DNA from: an uncultured virus (IMG/VR IMGVR_UViG_3300042402_005558)
Lineage: Duplodnaviria; Heunggongvirae; Uroviricota; Caudoviricetes
Virus record (IMG/VR): IMGVR_UViG_3300042402_005558
Reading direction: 5' to 3' (one strand)
Length of the DNA stretch: 64,000 nt
Part shown: positions 9,698 to 20,978 of the stretch, piece by piece
Position numbering within the stretch: the first letter of the stretch is position 1
Layout of the letters: each line of letters starts with the position of its first letter
The notes under the pieces: model-generated
The model's input: only the letters and a program-made list of their open reading frames with translations
The model's database searches: none
What the model was told of the DNA's origin: nothing
Translations under genes and position numbers: made by a program

Positions 9698-11788
9698 TTA
9701 TGCCAATGCTGCTATTCTAGTCTGGAAGTCAGCAAAGTCTGTGCTTGCCGCCGTTATAGCTTGTAATTCAGTTAAGTTGATAACTCTACTGCCTTTTACA
9801 GTTAACCTTTCAGCTACAATGATATCGTTTTCAAAAGTAACGTCTGTGTTGAATGTTGTTTGTACATCTACAATAAGACCTGATGAATCACTGGTTGAAA
9901 TAGTGCTGTTAATAAATTCTAATGTAGATGTATAGAACAATTCTTTGGTACCAGAATCATACACTACTGGTCTAGCAGAACTTGTTGTTGATCTAATAGG
10001 ATCAATATAAAGTCCTGCTGCAGATCCGTTTAATGCAACTCCACTGGCATTTAAAACTATACTGTTAGCAGATTGATTAAGAGATCCAGCATACAACCCA
10101 ATAGCGATAGAACCGGCTCCTTGATTGGTTCCGCCCGCATAAGGTCCTATTGCCACTGCATTAGTCCCCTGACCATCATTACCAGCAAATGCTCCAATGG
10201 CCAAAGCCACGTTGCCTTGGTTAGTTTGTCCTGCGTATGCACCTACAGCTAGAGTAGTTAATCCCTGACCAGTATAACCTGCGTACGGACCTATGGCCAT
10301 TCCTGATATACCTTGATTGGTATGACCCGCATACGGGCCAATAGCCATAGCTCCTGTGCCTTGGTTTGTTGCACCTGCTAGTGATCCTATTGTTATAACT
10401 GCACCACTACCTCCAGTAGATCCAGCTAGGTATCCTAACACTATTCTCGGTTCTGACGTTCTTAATGTTGTGGCTTCAATGTTACCGTAGACTGTGGCAG
10501 TGTTGCCATCTATGATCTGCGAACTATTATCTGCAAATACCGAACCAATAAAGTTACCTCGTAACACACCAGCCACAGCATCTACCATCACAGTTGAGTC
10601 ATCAGCAAACACCGAACCTCGTAGATCAAACACTGGATTGACTGTGATAGTTAGAGTATCTGTAGCAGGATCTTTGGTAAGCGTTATTCCTTCACCGCTG
10701 GTGATATTCAGCACGTCGCTGACTGCATCAGCCTGTAATCTATTAGCACTATCACCATTGACTTCAATCTGGGTGAATGCATTGACCGCTGGTGCAGAGT
10801 TTGTGATAGTGACATCACCTGTGGCAGCATCTGTACTCACGGTGATACCTACACCTGACGATATCGTGATCACTCCGGTGTTGGTAACTCTGATGTTGTC
10901 ACCAGTGCCTGCAGTGATATTAATGCCAGCGCCTGTGGTTCTACCTGAGGGCAGTGCAGTAGTACTCTGTAGACTACGCACACCAGCATTGGTTATTGTG
11001 GATGTGCCACTCACAGTAGCAACACTTATTCCAGATCCAGCTGCCACTGACAGCACACCTGTGTTTGAGATAGTGATTGAGTCTGCACCCGAGCTTACCA
11101 TCATGCTGACTCCACTGCCACTGATCAAGTTTAGAGTGTCACCAAATTCTGTAGCCACCACACTGTTGCCTGCATCAACTTCGATGGTTTTAAAGAATGT
11201 CTTTTCTGGATCTATGATCAGGCTGGTGCCAATACCAGTTATGGGATCTCCCCCGATAGTAGAATTGGCTGGAAGATTAACTGTCAGACCGATACCTTTG
11301 ATCTGTGCATTTCCTAGAAATACACCGTTTGTTGGATCAACTAAAGTATGTTCGCTGGTATAAACTGACTTCCAACGATTCGTAACACTACCAAGACTGC
11401 GTAGATTATCTGTGGTTGGACGAAGGTCAGTATCGAGAGTTTCAAAGTTTATAGGTGTAAGGCCGCTTCCGCCACCTATAGTAGCGATTATAACATCAAA
11501 ATTTTCATTGATCAGTGTGAATGCTTCATTAACATCACTCCATAATAATGGAGGTGCTCCTGGTGATATGTTGTTATTAAATGCGGTGGCTGTGATTAAA
11601 CTGCTGCCATCTGAAACCACAGTCTGTGATAAATTCACAGTCCATAAACTGCCTGATCCAGAAACGATAAAAGTACCTTGTAATACTCCAGTACCATACA
11701 GAGCATTTCCTACTGTGATCGTACCTGATACCAACGAAGTTACAGTAAGGGTAGTTCCTGTGATAGACCCTAAAAATGTTGCTGCCAT
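9698..11788 (-). CDS. Tail fibre protein with YadA-head-like repeats
   Basis: G/T-rich; ITNTGV repeats; about six 16-aa AIGxxAGxxxQG repeats; GSVFADDS motif. Confidence 0.8.
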   Translation of the reverse strand: MAATFLGSITGTTLTVTSLVSGTITVGNALYGTGVLQGTFIVSGSGSLWTVNLSQTVVSDGSSLITATAFNNNISPGAPPLLWSDVNEAFTLINENFDVIIATIGGGSGLTPINFETLDTDLRPTTDNLRSLGSVTNRWKSVYTSEHTLVDPTNGVFLGNAQIKGIGLTVNLPANSTIGGDPITGIGTSLIIDPEKTFFKTIEVDAGNSVVATEFGDTLNLISGSGVSMMVSSGADSITISNTGVLSVAAGSGISVATVSGTSTITNAGVRSLQSTTALPSGRTTGAGINITAGTGDNIRVTNTGVITISSGVGITVSTDAATGDVTITNSAPAVNAFTQIEVNGDSANRLQADAVSDVLNITSGEGITLTKDPATDTLTITVNPVFDLRGSVFADDSTVMVDAVAGVLRGNFIGSVFADNSSQIIDGNTATVYGNIEATTLRTSEPRIVLGYLAGSTGGSGAVITIGSLAGATNQGTGAMAIGPYAGHTNQGISGMAIGPYAGYTGQGLTTLAVGAYAGQTNQGNVALAIGAFAGNDGQGTNAVAIGPYAGGTNQGAGSIAIGLYAGSLNQSANSIVLNASGVALNGSAAGLYIDPIRSTTSSARPVVYDSGTKELFYTSTLEFINSTISTSDSSGLIVDVQTTFNTDVTFENDIIVAERLTVKGSRVINLTELQAITAASTDFADFQTRIAALA

Positions 11789-14700
11789 TATGTTCTCCCT
11801 ACTGCTATTTCGACTAATCCAATATGGTCTGAATCGTAGTCTTTGATGGCTTTACCGACCACTGTACCTACCTTGATATCTCCGCTGGCAGCTACTGCCA
11901 CACCTGCTATTCCTGAAGTTATCAATATGTCACCTTTCTTAATCTTTCCTACTACCTTGCAGGGCACACGTCCCTGTAGGGCCACGAGATTTTTCAATCC
12001 CGGACAGGCTTCAAACATGGTATAGGCAGCGGTATTAGAAACAACACCTGCTACTCGGGTATCACCTTTTACGGTGCTAACAGTGACTTCTTTGTCACCG
12101 CCAAACACCAGTACAGTACCTACTTCATACTGTTCATCACCTTCGTAGTTTTCTGCTAGGTCAGCAGAGTATGTGGCTTGAAGTCTCGATTCATTAGGCG
12201 AAGTGCCGGTGAGTGTCCATCTTCCTGTTATTGTACCTGCTGTGGTGTTACCACCAGTGGTTATTTCTGTAATCTGTGCAGTGGTCGCCGTAATAGTTGA
12301 ACAAATTATAGGTGCGTTTGCTGCGCCAGTCTTGTTCTTAAATTCATGTGAATCATTCCAATATGCAATTTTATTGTTGGCGGAAACTGCAGTATCACTT
12401 TGGATTAATATTCCGCCTACCGAATTAAACCCGTAGTATCGAATATAACCACCAGAACCCCCCACTACATCTGTGTCTATGGACAAGTTGGTATCAATCT
12501 TGATACTCTGTACGTCTATGGTTCGACCACCAAAGTCTCCATTTGAGTCTCTGGCTATGAGCTCCGATGCTCCGACTAATGCAGATGATCCTGCTGAAGA
12601 GTTTATTATACTATAATTTACGTCTGCGGTACTACTAACACCACTAACTCGTTTGAGAAATCCCACACTAGAATATTGTGTTTTCTTTATGGATCCGCCT
12701 TCGTCTACCACAGTGCTGAATGCTACTGCGCTAGGCGTAGAAGCAGTCACTGATGAATTACCTACTAAAGTATCTGGAGCCAGTGTTTCTAACTTGCTAA
12801 CAGCAATAGCAGCAGCAGAGTTTATGTCTGCGTTTACTATGCTGGTTGCAAGATTTAATTTACTATATGCAATAGCAGCAGCAGAGTTTATGTCTGCGTT
12901 TACTATGCTAGTTGCAAGATTTAATTTACTATATGCAATAGCAGCAGCAGCATTAATATCACTATTAATGATCGAACCTGCCACAATCTGTGCATTAATC
13001 TGATTAAGTGCAGAATCCACTCCTGTTGTAAGCTCAAAGGCAATATCACCAATTACGCTGGCATTTATAGCAGCATCACCTGAACCAGTGAATACTAGAG
13101 TATCTCCTGCCTTAGCATTAGTTACAGTATAGTCTTGCAAATTACTTGCTGTCAAGCTGCGTAGATTTACAGCATCCTGTGGATCCGTAGGATCTCCAAG
13201 ACTAACGATCTTGTTGTTGGCCATCTGCATGGTTCCCTTCATGGCCAACGTGCCATTAAGGGCCATGAAACCACCTGTGATTGAAGGAATTAACTGCCCA
13301 CTAGACACAGCTGATCCGTCGTGTTGCATGCCTAATCTTCTTTCGATATAGATACGTGCAGCATTTTCTGTAGGCACAGTATCAGTAGCGTTGTCAGTGA
13401 ATCCCGAATCAGTTGAAAATTCACTAATAGGTACGCCACGTTTGAAACCAATACCGTCTAGATTGCTCAGCGCGATGCTGGCAGCAAAGGTCACAGAGCC
13501 TGTGCCTTGGTCAACTCTGAAGTATGGACCCACAGAGAAATTACCAAATTGATCAGTGGTAACATAAAATACACGACCAACATCTCGTTCCTCGACCTCA
13601 GTGTCTTCGTTAAGAGCGTTTACGCTTTGGCCATAAATTTCTTTGGGATAGTTAGTGTCTGCATATGATCCTGTACCTATTTCTAAGAGATCATGACTGG
13701 TTACACGAGTCAGAGAAATACGTATAGTTAAGTTACCTAGAGCACCATTTGATCTTATAGGCACCGCCACTTTGGCAGTATAACTATCTCGATATGCTAT
13801 CAAACTATCTACTAATGGTCTATTCAAATATACTCTTGCAAAAGTAGTATTGGTCACAGCTAACGCATCATACTGTGAGACTACGTACTCCTCACCTTTG
13901 AACATCAATTTACCACCAGTGAGCCTGCTGATATTTTGATCTGGCACAGCTACAACTGGAAATTGTGTATCTCCCGCTCTACCGAATATTCTGGTAACGG
14001 TGTGTGTACCGATCTGGGTACCAGTAGTAGCAATCCCACTTGCTGCTCCGGGGGTCACTGCTAGTGTAAACGTATCAGGTGAGGGGGTAGATTGCACGAA
14101 ATAATTGATGTTTGTACTTACACCTCCAGGTAGTGCACCTGTGGTTTTGAAACAGATAACATCATCGACAGCAAAACCGTGAGCAGTGACAGTGACCACA
14201 CCGGGCGTAGCAATAGTGATTGTGGCACCCAGTTCTCCTCCAGCCACCGCGGTCATTGTACCCGAAGCTGTACTTAGAGTTAAGGTGGCACCGCCTTGTG
14301 TAGCGCTGACAGTGATCTTTGAATCTGGAACCACACGTCCTGCAGCAGCAGCCACCAGAGTAATGGTTCCACTTACTCCTGATGTATAGGTAAAGGTAGT
14401 AGCGTTAGTCACCGTGATTACCACTGCGTTGTCTGAATCTAGTGCAGTACCGGTAGTGTTGATATCTACAGTTTGTCCAGAAGCCAGACCGTGATTTACT
14501 GATGTTACTATGGTAGCAGTAGCACCGGATCTCTCTACTGTGGCAATTGGAATGTTGGCACTAAATGGACTCGACCTTACATAGTATACGGTGCTGGCTG
14601 TAATGCCACCGAATGTAGTGCCTGCAAACACTATAGGCATGCCTGGTTTAACCTGATAACTAATGGTACTGAGAGTAATTAAATTAGTGGTCACAGTGGT

Positions 14701-17700
14701 GTCAGAGGCTACCAGATTATAGATGGCAGTGTCACCTGGTACATTAAGAGTCAATTCTACATAGTCATAGTTTTCTCTGAGATTGGTCTTGGTCAGACCT
14801 TCATGCGTGAGTGTGAATGTACCTAGGCCTACAGAACTAGTATTGATTGCCACTCCATTTTTTGTAGCGGAGACACGGAATTCTGTATCTGTGAGACCGT
14901 CGGGCAACACATAGTATTCAGTTTCTGCAGTGATGCCGGTAGGAACTGCTCCAGTTAAGATCATTGACAACGGTGATGCTATCGTATGACTGTTGTTAAT
15001 GGTCCAGGTTGAGCCAGACCCACTGCTGATTGTGGTCCCAGCAGTGATGCCAAGACCAGTCAAGGTCATACCAGTAGCGATGGTACCGAATGTCAAACTA
15101 ACAATAGTGAGTGTGGTACCGCTGATGGTGGCAGTGAATCCAGCTGTGGATCTAAAACTAATTGTGTAATTTTCTATTAGCTTGTGTGTCTTTACACCCT
15201 GTATGGTTAATCCGCTACCGTTAACAAGGGCATGTACACTACCACCTGACGAAGTGCTGACAGTAAACTGATTGGCTTCTGGAACTGAGATCACGTAATA
15301 CGTAGTTCCACTGACAAACCCATTAGCGGTAGAAGTAGGTATGAACTTATCACCTAATTTTAGTTTGTGATTCTGTTGGGTGGTTACGAGATTATCTGTG
15401 ATAGTGTTCACGGTCACTAAAATCTTAATCACTGCAGGAGATGCATTGGTAATACTAACCGGATAAGGTCCGGTGGTGTCCTCCATGGACGTAAACAGCA
15501 GTACACGATATACCGTGTTACTGGTTTCTCGTAGTTTAAGACCAGTTGATGGACGCACAGCTACATTCTCAAGACCACCAGTAAGTACGATCTGTCCATT
15601 GTTTCTTAGGGTCATCACGGTATTGTCAGGCACAATAGCAAACAGACCGTCGCTTTCTGCTCCGCTCGATCCTGTAGTCAGGTTCAAACGAGCTACACCT
15701 GCGGGGAATGAGTCTTCTTGAGCAACAGTAGTAATAGGATATCTGACGATAATTCCGCCGTGATCTACTTCTAGTTCTGAAGCATTTAATGGTAGATAAT
15801 CATAACCGTAGATATAGATGAACAGGCCATTTAGAGTATTTTCATAGACTGAGTTCGGAAAATAACATTTGACTCTCTGTGCGAATTCTTCAAACACACT
15901 GGTCGGAGTAGGAATTTCTAGTGGATCAAATCCTTCTGCTACCAAGGCATAATTACCATGCGCACTTGATCCTCCTATTGATCTGATCTGTGCGCCATTG
16001 ACACTATAGTAGCTGATGTGGCAATAGTAAGTAAACATGCTCACAGCTTCTACCAACCCGCCATTGATGGCGCAGATACCGTAGCCTAAATCGTTAATCT
16101 GTGTAAAGTCGTTACACAGCATTGATCTGTTACCTGGCATCAAGATCTCATAGATTCGTTGATAGCTGTGAACACCCGAACCAGCACTGGTTGTGTTTAC
16201 TTTAACAGTTGAACCAAATGCGGCATTGATATTGAAGGTGTTATTAGTAAGTCCATCTTCAGCTATAAAATATTCCTGGCCAGCGACTATCCCGCCAGGT
16301 AGTGTGCCTGTGGTACTGAACACCACAGTAGCGCCAGGTTGTAGTCTGTGGGCTACTCTGGTTATCACTGCCGGCGACGCAAAGCTAATGGTACAGGTCT
16401 GTGTGCCTGCTGCACGAGTAAATGGGTTTATATCGTCTAATACAAGATTAGCCGAAGATCCAGCGGGATCGTACACAAAATCTCTAACATAGTTTACACG
16501 GAATACCGAATCATCTACTAAGAAAGAACAGGGCAGTTGAGGGAATCTAGCCAGTCCTGACACACCTAGTGTGAGAAAATCTCCGCTGGTAGTATTGTGA
16601 CGGAATTGCAGATTGCCGGTGAACCCGTCTACAAACATACCACCTGCAAATACTTGACGATCTTTGCTTCTTGAGAATGAAGCACATTCTTGGAAGTATG
16701 GTGACTTGGCCAATATCTGGCCTGTAGGATCTAATATTCCCATGAATCCGCCATGTCCTTGTGCGGTAATAGCCTGCCAGCGCACAGCATCATTAGCCAA
16801 GAACACATCCATCTCTTCGTTGTTTTTGGGTTGATTTACGCTGCCAAATCCGGGTCCACTTTCATCAATGATATTATCAATAGCAGTGATAAGGCTAGAA
16901 ACAACACTGTCCGCACCCACTTCTGCAACAAATGCTTGATCTATGATCTGTGGGAACGTAGGGTTATAAACTGGGGTAATCTCAGTATTATCTATAATAC
17001 TCTGCATCAATTGGTTGAGTTTAACCAATACTTCCTGATATTGTTCTAGCTGTACAGTAATCGCATACTGAGCACTAGCACCTTGATAATATTTCAGTGC
17101 AGCACTGACTGTGCGATTATATTCGCCATACTTGAGGTCAAACACAATGGCATCTACAATTAATCCGATATCGCGTTGACATTTAGATTCTAGATATTCA
17201 AAATTGTACCAGATTGAACCGACACCGGCTACATCAATATTGTTGTTGATCCAAGCAGTGATTTCATTTTGTAGGAATGTTCTGTTTAAATCCAATAGTG
17301 TAGCAGCCGAGTCGTAGTTTCCGGGATTATTAATAGGCGGATACACTGGTGCATCTGTGTCTGACAGATAGTGATAGGCAAACAGTTTATTAGCAGTAGT
17401 TAATCCATCTATGACCAGATCTCTACGGAATTTTTGAAACGCCCAAGGACTCGAACTTACGCCTGGTAATGGTCTAAAAATCACTCTACGAAATTCATCA
17501 CCAACAATAGAACAGTTTTGTGGTACCTTTAACGGATAGTTTTCATAGTATTCTCCGCTTTCTACCAAGATGGAAATCTGAATACTTTTACTGATGTCAC
17601 CGTAGGATATAACTTCATCAGTTACAAAGTTACCAAATTTTATGTCAACGTCGAATATTTCATTGCCATCGCTGTCTAAGGCACCTGTGTGTGATAATAT

Positions 17701-19227
17701 CTGCGCCAAGGCGCCAGAAGTTTCTCCTCGAAGAAACAGACCTTCACGAATATCTCGACCACGTATAGCTTCGGGAGTATTAGTTAAAACGTCTCCGGTG
17801 AAATCAGTTCGGTATCCATCTGTGCGAATCCTAAATCGAGGCAGATTAACTAGCAGAGTTGGCAAGGAAGTAAAACCTGATCCTTTATCAGTGATAGTGA
17901 TACTTGTGATTACCCCACTAGTAACTACAGCAGTACCAAATGCACCACTACCACCACCACCTGTAATGCGCACAGATACTAAACCGTAGCCTGAGCCACC
18001 GCCACCAGGAGCGATAGAGACTGAGGCTACCTTATAGGTTAGATCAAACGATGCTCCAGTGCCAATAGCACCAATGCCCACAGGTGCTGCAGATGTTGAA
18101 ATGACGGTAGATATCGCGGTTGTTCCAGGTAGTGCAGTGTATATTCCGGTAGATATTATTTTAAATGTAGATATAGCACCTGGCGTTGTGAGAGTTGTTA
18201 ACACCTGTATTGTGGCTGTGCCAGTGCCGGTACCACCAACTACTGATAGTATATCACCTGGAAAATAGTTAGTTCCTACTCCGTTGAGTTCGGCAGTGTC
18301 TATACTCATTCTCAGTATACCAGAAAATCCCGAACCCGATCCGGGAGCTTCGCCGATACCATCCAACGTACATGTGCCTAGACCATTATTAAATGTTAAT
18401 ATCTTTTTATAAGGTCCGATTTCTGCCGGACCTTCTAGAACCAATTCTTCTGCACGTTTTAGTGCAGCTTCTAGTGTTCGATAAGCATAAGCCAACGCTC
18501 GTCCCTGTAGAGCTTTGGAAACACCGGGTCTATCATCAGAACCACTTAGAGCCACATAAAGATTCACTGAACTACCAAATGCAGATGAATCAACGTATTG
18601 TTTAGTGGCTGCGATCAATCCACCGTAAAGTTCGTCGTCGTCGGGTTCGGGACTGCGTGATAGTATCAGCGGACCACTCATAGTACCAAAAGAACCGTCT
18701 ACTAGTCCTGTTTCTGGGTTAACAGCAGAAACTCCTGCTCGAGCTATCTTTGAATCTGCATAATTTTTGTTAACCAATTCATGTTTGTAGATGGGGCTTA
18801 ACGGAGATATTGTTGTTCCAGCATCAATAATTCTGTATTGATTTCCACCCGACCTCATGGATAGGTCACCTCCTAACTGAGGAGTAGGATCAGCTACTAT
18901 TTCTGAAAATTCGCTGTTGATAGTGATTTCGTTGGGATTGGTGGTAAAGTCTATGCTGACTCCTGCACCTGCGATCAATCGCTTAAACGACAATCCGGAT
19001 TCTGTGTTGTTAACAGTAACTAATGGAGTGGATCCGGTAACAGGATCGTTCTGACCTACATATGTTTCCGGAGTGTCATCTAGGCCGATAAAAGTGAGGT
19101 TTTCACCTAGCCCTAGAGAACTATAAAGTTCACGGAAGTTGTCGTTGACTTTTCTGAATGAATCTCTTATGCTATCACCGGTACCATCATTGCCAATAGC
19201 ACCGATATCAATTGTCTTTCTTGCCAT
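11788..19227 (-). CDS. Giant (2479 aa) virion structural / tail fibre protein
   Basis: gp9/gp10-like N-terminus, repeated beta-rich domains with YYV motifs, C-terminal ADLAENY..GTVLVFGG..VALQGRVPCKV chaperone-like tail; TAAATA at 19259-19264 (-). Confidence 0.85.
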   Translation of the reverse strand: MARKTIDIGAIGNDGTGDSIRDSFRKVNDNFRELYSSLGLGENLTFIGLDDTPETYVGQNDPVTGSTPLVTVNNTESGLSFKRLIAGAGVSIDFTTNPNEITINSEFSEIVADPTPQLGGDLSMRSGGNQYRIIDAGTTISPLSPIYKHELVNKNYADSKIARAGVSAVNPETGLVDGSFGTMSGPLILSRSPEPDDDELYGGLIAATKQYVDSSAFGSSVNLYVALSGSDDRPGVSKALQGRALAYAYRTLEAALKRAEELVLEGPAEIGPYKKILTFNNGLGTCTLDGIGEAPGSGSGFSGILRMSIDTAELNGVGTNYFPGDILSVVGGTGTGTATIQVLTTLTTPGAISTFKIISTGIYTALPGTTAISTVISTSAAPVGIGAIGTGASFDLTYKVASVSIAPGGGGSGYGLVSVRITGGGGSGAFGTAVVTSGVITSITITDKGSGFTSLPTLLVNLPRFRIRTDGYRTDFTGDVLTNTPEAIRGRDIREGLFLRGETSGALAQILSHTGALDSDGNEIFDVDIKFGNFVTDEVISYGDISKSIQISILVESGEYYENYPLKVPQNCSIVGDEFRRVIFRPLPGVSSSPWAFQKFRRDLVIDGLTTANKLFAYHYLSDTDAPVYPPINNPGNYDSAATLLDLNRTFLQNEITAWINNNIDVAGVGSIWYNFEYLESKCQRDIGLIVDAIVFDLKYGEYNRTVSAALKYYQGASAQYAITVQLEQYQEVLVKLNQLMQSIIDNTEITPVYNPTFPQIIDQAFVAEVGADSVVSSLITAIDNIIDESGPGFGSVNQPKNNEEMDVFLANDAVRWQAITAQGHGGFMGILDPTGQILAKSPYFQECASFSRSKDRQVFAGGMFVDGFTGNLQFRHNTTSGDFLTLGVSGLARFPQLPCSFLVDDSVFRVNYVRDFVYDPAGSSANLVLDDINPFTRAAGTQTCTISFASPAVITRVAHRLQPGATVVFSTTGTLPGGIVAGQEYFIAEDGLTNNTFNINAAFGSTVKVNTTSAGSGVHSYQRIYEILMPGNRSMLCNDFTQINDLGYGICAINGGLVEAVSMFTYYCHISYYSVNGAQIRSIGGSSAHGNYALVAEGFDPLEIPTPTSVFEEFAQRVKCYFPNSVYENTLNGLFIYIYGYDYLPLNASELEVDHGGIIVRYPITTVAQEDSFPAGVARLNLTTGSSGAESDGLFAIVPDNTVMTLRNNGQIVLTGGLENVAVRPSTGLKLRETSNTVYRVLLFTSMEDTTGPYPVSITNASPAVIKILVTVNTITDNLVTTQQNHKLKLGDKFIPTSTANGFVSGTTYYVISVPEANQFTVSTSSGGSVHALVNGSGLTIQGVKTHKLIENYTISFRSTAGFTATISGTTLTIVSLTFGTIATGMTLTGLGITAGTTISSGSGSTWTINNSHTIASPLSMILTGAVPTGITAETEYYVLPDGLTDTEFRVSATKNGVAINTSSVGLGTFTLTHEGLTKTNLRENYDYVELTLNVPGDTAIYNLVASDTTVTTNLITLSTISYQVKPGMPIVFAGTTFGGITASTVYYVRSSPFSANIPIATVERSGATATIVTSVNHGLASGQTVDINTTGTALDSDNAVVITVTNATTFTYTSGVSGTITLVAAAAGRVVPDSKITVSATQGGATLTLSTASGTMTAVAGGELGATITIATPGVVTVTAHGFAVDDVICFKTTGALPGGVSTNINYFVQSTPSPDTFTLAVTPGAASGIATTGTQIGTHTVTRIFGRAGDTQFPVVAVPDQNISRLTGGKLMFKGEEYVVSQYDALAVTNTTFARVYLNRPLVDSLIAYRDSYTAKVAVPIRSNGALGNLTIRISLTRVTSHDLLEIGTGSYADTNYPKEIYGQSVNALNEDTEVEERDVGRVFYVTTDQFGNFSVGPYFRVDQGTGSVTFAASIALSNLDGIGFKRGVPISEFSTDSGFTDNATDTVPTENAARIYIERRLGMQHDGSAVSSGQLIPSITGGFMALNGTLAMKGTMQMANNKIVSLGDPTDPQDAVNLRSLTASNLQDYTVTNAKAGDTLVFTGSGDAAINASVIGDIAFELTTGVDSALNQINAQIVAGSIINSDINAAAAIAYSKLNLATSIVNADINSAAAIAYSKLNLATSIVNADINSAAAIAVSKLETLAPDTLVGNSSVTASTPSAVAFSTVVDEGGSIKKTQYSSVGFLKRVSGVSSTADVNYSIINSSAGSSALVGASELIARDSNGDFGGRTIDVQSIKIDTNLSIDTDVVGGSGGYIRYYGFNSVGGILIQSDTAVSANNKIAYWNDSHEFKNKTGAANAPIICSTITATTAQITEITTGGNTTAGTITGRWTLTGTSPNESRLQATYSADLAENYEGDEQYEVGTVLVFGGDKEVTVSTVKGDTRVAGVVSNTAAYTMFEACPGLKNLVALQGRVPCKVVGKIKKGDILITSGIAGVAVAASGDIKVGTVVGKAIKDYDSDHIGLVEIAVGRT
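12803..12950. repeat. 66-bp intragenic tandem repeat (about 2.2 copies)
   Basis: 12803-12868 and 12869-12934 differ at one base; encodes AAAIAYSKLNLATSIVNADINS. Confidence 0.9.
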
Positions 19228-19298
19228 AGTTTTTCCTAGGATTAGCAGTTGCTGAGTGTATTTAGCCCAAAGTTTTATAAGCCTAATGTAAATACACG

Positions 19299-19586
19299 AT
19301 GTTTATCAAAACAGAAATCCAACAGAATCATTATGTTAGACTCAGTAAACTAGGTCATCGGCATGAATATGTGAGAAACAAAATCGCAGTGATTTTGAGA
19401 TGCGACAGCTGTGACTCAGAGTTTACCCGTGATCTCAAACACATGGATAAGAAGCGTCTCAGCAACAATTATTTTCATTGCTGCACAGAGTGTGACGCTA
19501 AAAGATTTGCTCAACGAATAGGAGTAGAGCAGAAAAAAATCTGGGATATGCCCGCTAGTACGACTTTGCCTGTGGGCAAGTACTAA
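19299..19586 (+). CDS. Small Cys-rich (possible zinc-binding) protein
   Basis: CDSC and CCTEC motifs; TAAATA at 19289-19294. Confidence 0.7.
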   Translation: MFIKTEIQQNHYVRLSKLGHRHEYVRNKIAVILRCDSCDSEFTRDLKHMDKKRLSNNYFHCCTECDAKRFAQRIGVEQKKIWDMPASTTLPVGKY

Positions 19587-19610
19587 ATACAACTCCAAGG
19601 AGAATTCATT

Positions 19611-19922
19611 ATGGAAATGTTATTAGCGATTGCAGTCGTAGTTGTTATCGGTGCTCTTGTGTATTTCAACAGAAGTTCTAAGACTCTTGATGTAAACAAT
19701 GACGGTAAGGTAGATCTTGCTGATGCTAAAACTTCTGTTCAAAATGTGGTAGAAGGTGTCAAAGCTGCTGCCGATGTAAACAAGGACGGGATAGTAGATG
19801 CTAAAGACGCTGCGGTGGTTGTTGACAAGGCTAAAACAGAAGTTAAAAAAGTAGCTACAAAAGCCAAGGCAGCTGCTAAGAAAGCAACAACTCGCGGTCG
19901 CAAACCAGCGGCTCGACAGTAA
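19611..19922 (+). CDS. Membrane-anchored protein with two EF-hand/dockerin-like loops and a Lys/Ala-rich tail
   Basis: N-terminal TM helix; DVNNDGKVDLAD and DVNKDGIVDAKD; SD AAGGAG; TAAATA at 19584-19589. Confidence 0.75.
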   Translation: MEMLLAIAVVVVIGALVYFNRSSKTLDVNNDGKVDLADAKTSVQNVVEGVKAAADVNKDGIVDAKDAAVVVDKAKTEVKKVATKAKAAAKKATTRGRKPAARQ

Positions 19923-20943
19923 TCTTTTTAGCCTGTTCGTATAACGTAAACGAAGCAAGATTTTTTGCTTTTGATTCGCACATGATGTCGAACTGATTTC
20001 TGAAAGTCAGTGCCCATGCATTGACCGCAGAATTCCAATAAAACTCACTGTGCGCTCTGAGTTTAGCTTTCTTGTAACCCTGTTCTAAGAGGGTCGAAAG
20101 ATCGGGGCGGATGTGTCCGGGATGCTCAACAAGACAGTCTTCCCGTGAAACACTATAATGTATGACAGGCCGAACACCACGCCAGCTATCAATAACCCTT
20201 TTAACACGGTCGTCAGTCGGTTCAATATATTCTCCAGTTTTAATCCAATGATGATGAATGTCTAATACAAGTGCGCAGTCATTGACTAGCTCAAGGCTAT
20301 CTTCGATTCCCCAGGTCATTTCGTCGTTTTCAATGGTAAGACAGTTGCGAGCTTCGGGAGTCATTCGTTGTAACGCACGTCGAATACCGTCCGGTCCTTG
20401 TCGGCCAGCAATATGCACATTAATCTTGTAGTCTTGGAATGTTTTGCCATAGCCCATCCAACGAGCCATATCTACATGATACTCAAATTCTTCTATTGAG
20501 CGATCGACAATACCTGGATTATCGCTAGCCAGCACAGTGAACTGACCAGGATGAAAACTAAGCCGAACACGATTCTCACGGGCCAGTTCACCCACTCGGC
20601 TAAAATTTCTTTCGGCATAGTTCCGAACATCGGGCTGCCGCCAAAACCACTTCCAACTAGGCTCAGTGTATACAGGCAATATATCACTACTGAGTCGTAC
20701 CATTCTAAGATCTTCATCTAATGTTCCTACCCTGCTGACTAATTTGTAGCAGGCTTCTATGTTTCGCTCCATCAAATCCCAAAGCCGCTGTTCTGCTTCT
20801 TGAGGATGTTCACGCAACCATCTAACTGTGGTTGAGCCTGTATTTAAGTCGCGATCGCGAGCGTTAATTTTCATTCCGTTAACTTCGGAAGGATCATTGA
20901 TCCATTTGCAGGCAAAGCCTATACGTCTGTATGTAGTGTTCAT
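19876..20943 (-). CDS. uvsE: UV damage endonuclease
   Basis: IGFAC, RLSSDILP, RLSFHPGQF, IENDE, LDIHHH and HSE motifs. Confidence 0.95.
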   Translation of the reverse strand: MNTTYRRIGFACKWINDPSEVNGMKINARDRDLNTGSTTVRWLREHPQEAEQRLWDLMERNIEACYKLVSRVGTLDEDLRMVRLSSDILPVYTEPSWKWFWRQPDVRNYAERNFSRVGELARENRVRLSFHPGQFTVLASDNPGIVDRSIEEFEYHVDMARWMGYGKTFQDYKINVHIAGRQGPDGIRRALQRMTPEARNCLTIENDEMTWGIEDSLELVNDCALVLDIHHHWIKTGEYIEPTDDRVKRVIDSWRGVRPVIHYSVSREDCLVEHPGHIRPDLSTLLEQGYKKAKLRAHSEFYWNSAVNAWALTFRNQFDIMCESKAKNLASFTLYEQAKKITVEPLVCDRELLLS

Positions 20944-20949
20944 ACTACA

Positions 20950-20978
20950 AGTATAACATCATCAGCACCAGTTGTCAA
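20950..20978 (-). promoter_or_regulatory. Sigma70-type promoter for uvsE
   Basis: TTGACA-N17-TATACT with an extended -10 TG; ATG lies 7 nt downstream. Confidence 0.8.

Noticed and set aside
12803..12950. Direct repeats as a possible CRISPR array
   Set aside because: Contiguous in-frame coding repeats without spacers; the same applies to 58269-58328; no cas genes
10494..18605. Many plus-strand ORFs of 60-289 aa opposite the fibre genes
   Set aside because: Antisense shadows of Thr/Gly/Ala-rich genes, with no motifs or ribosome-binding sites
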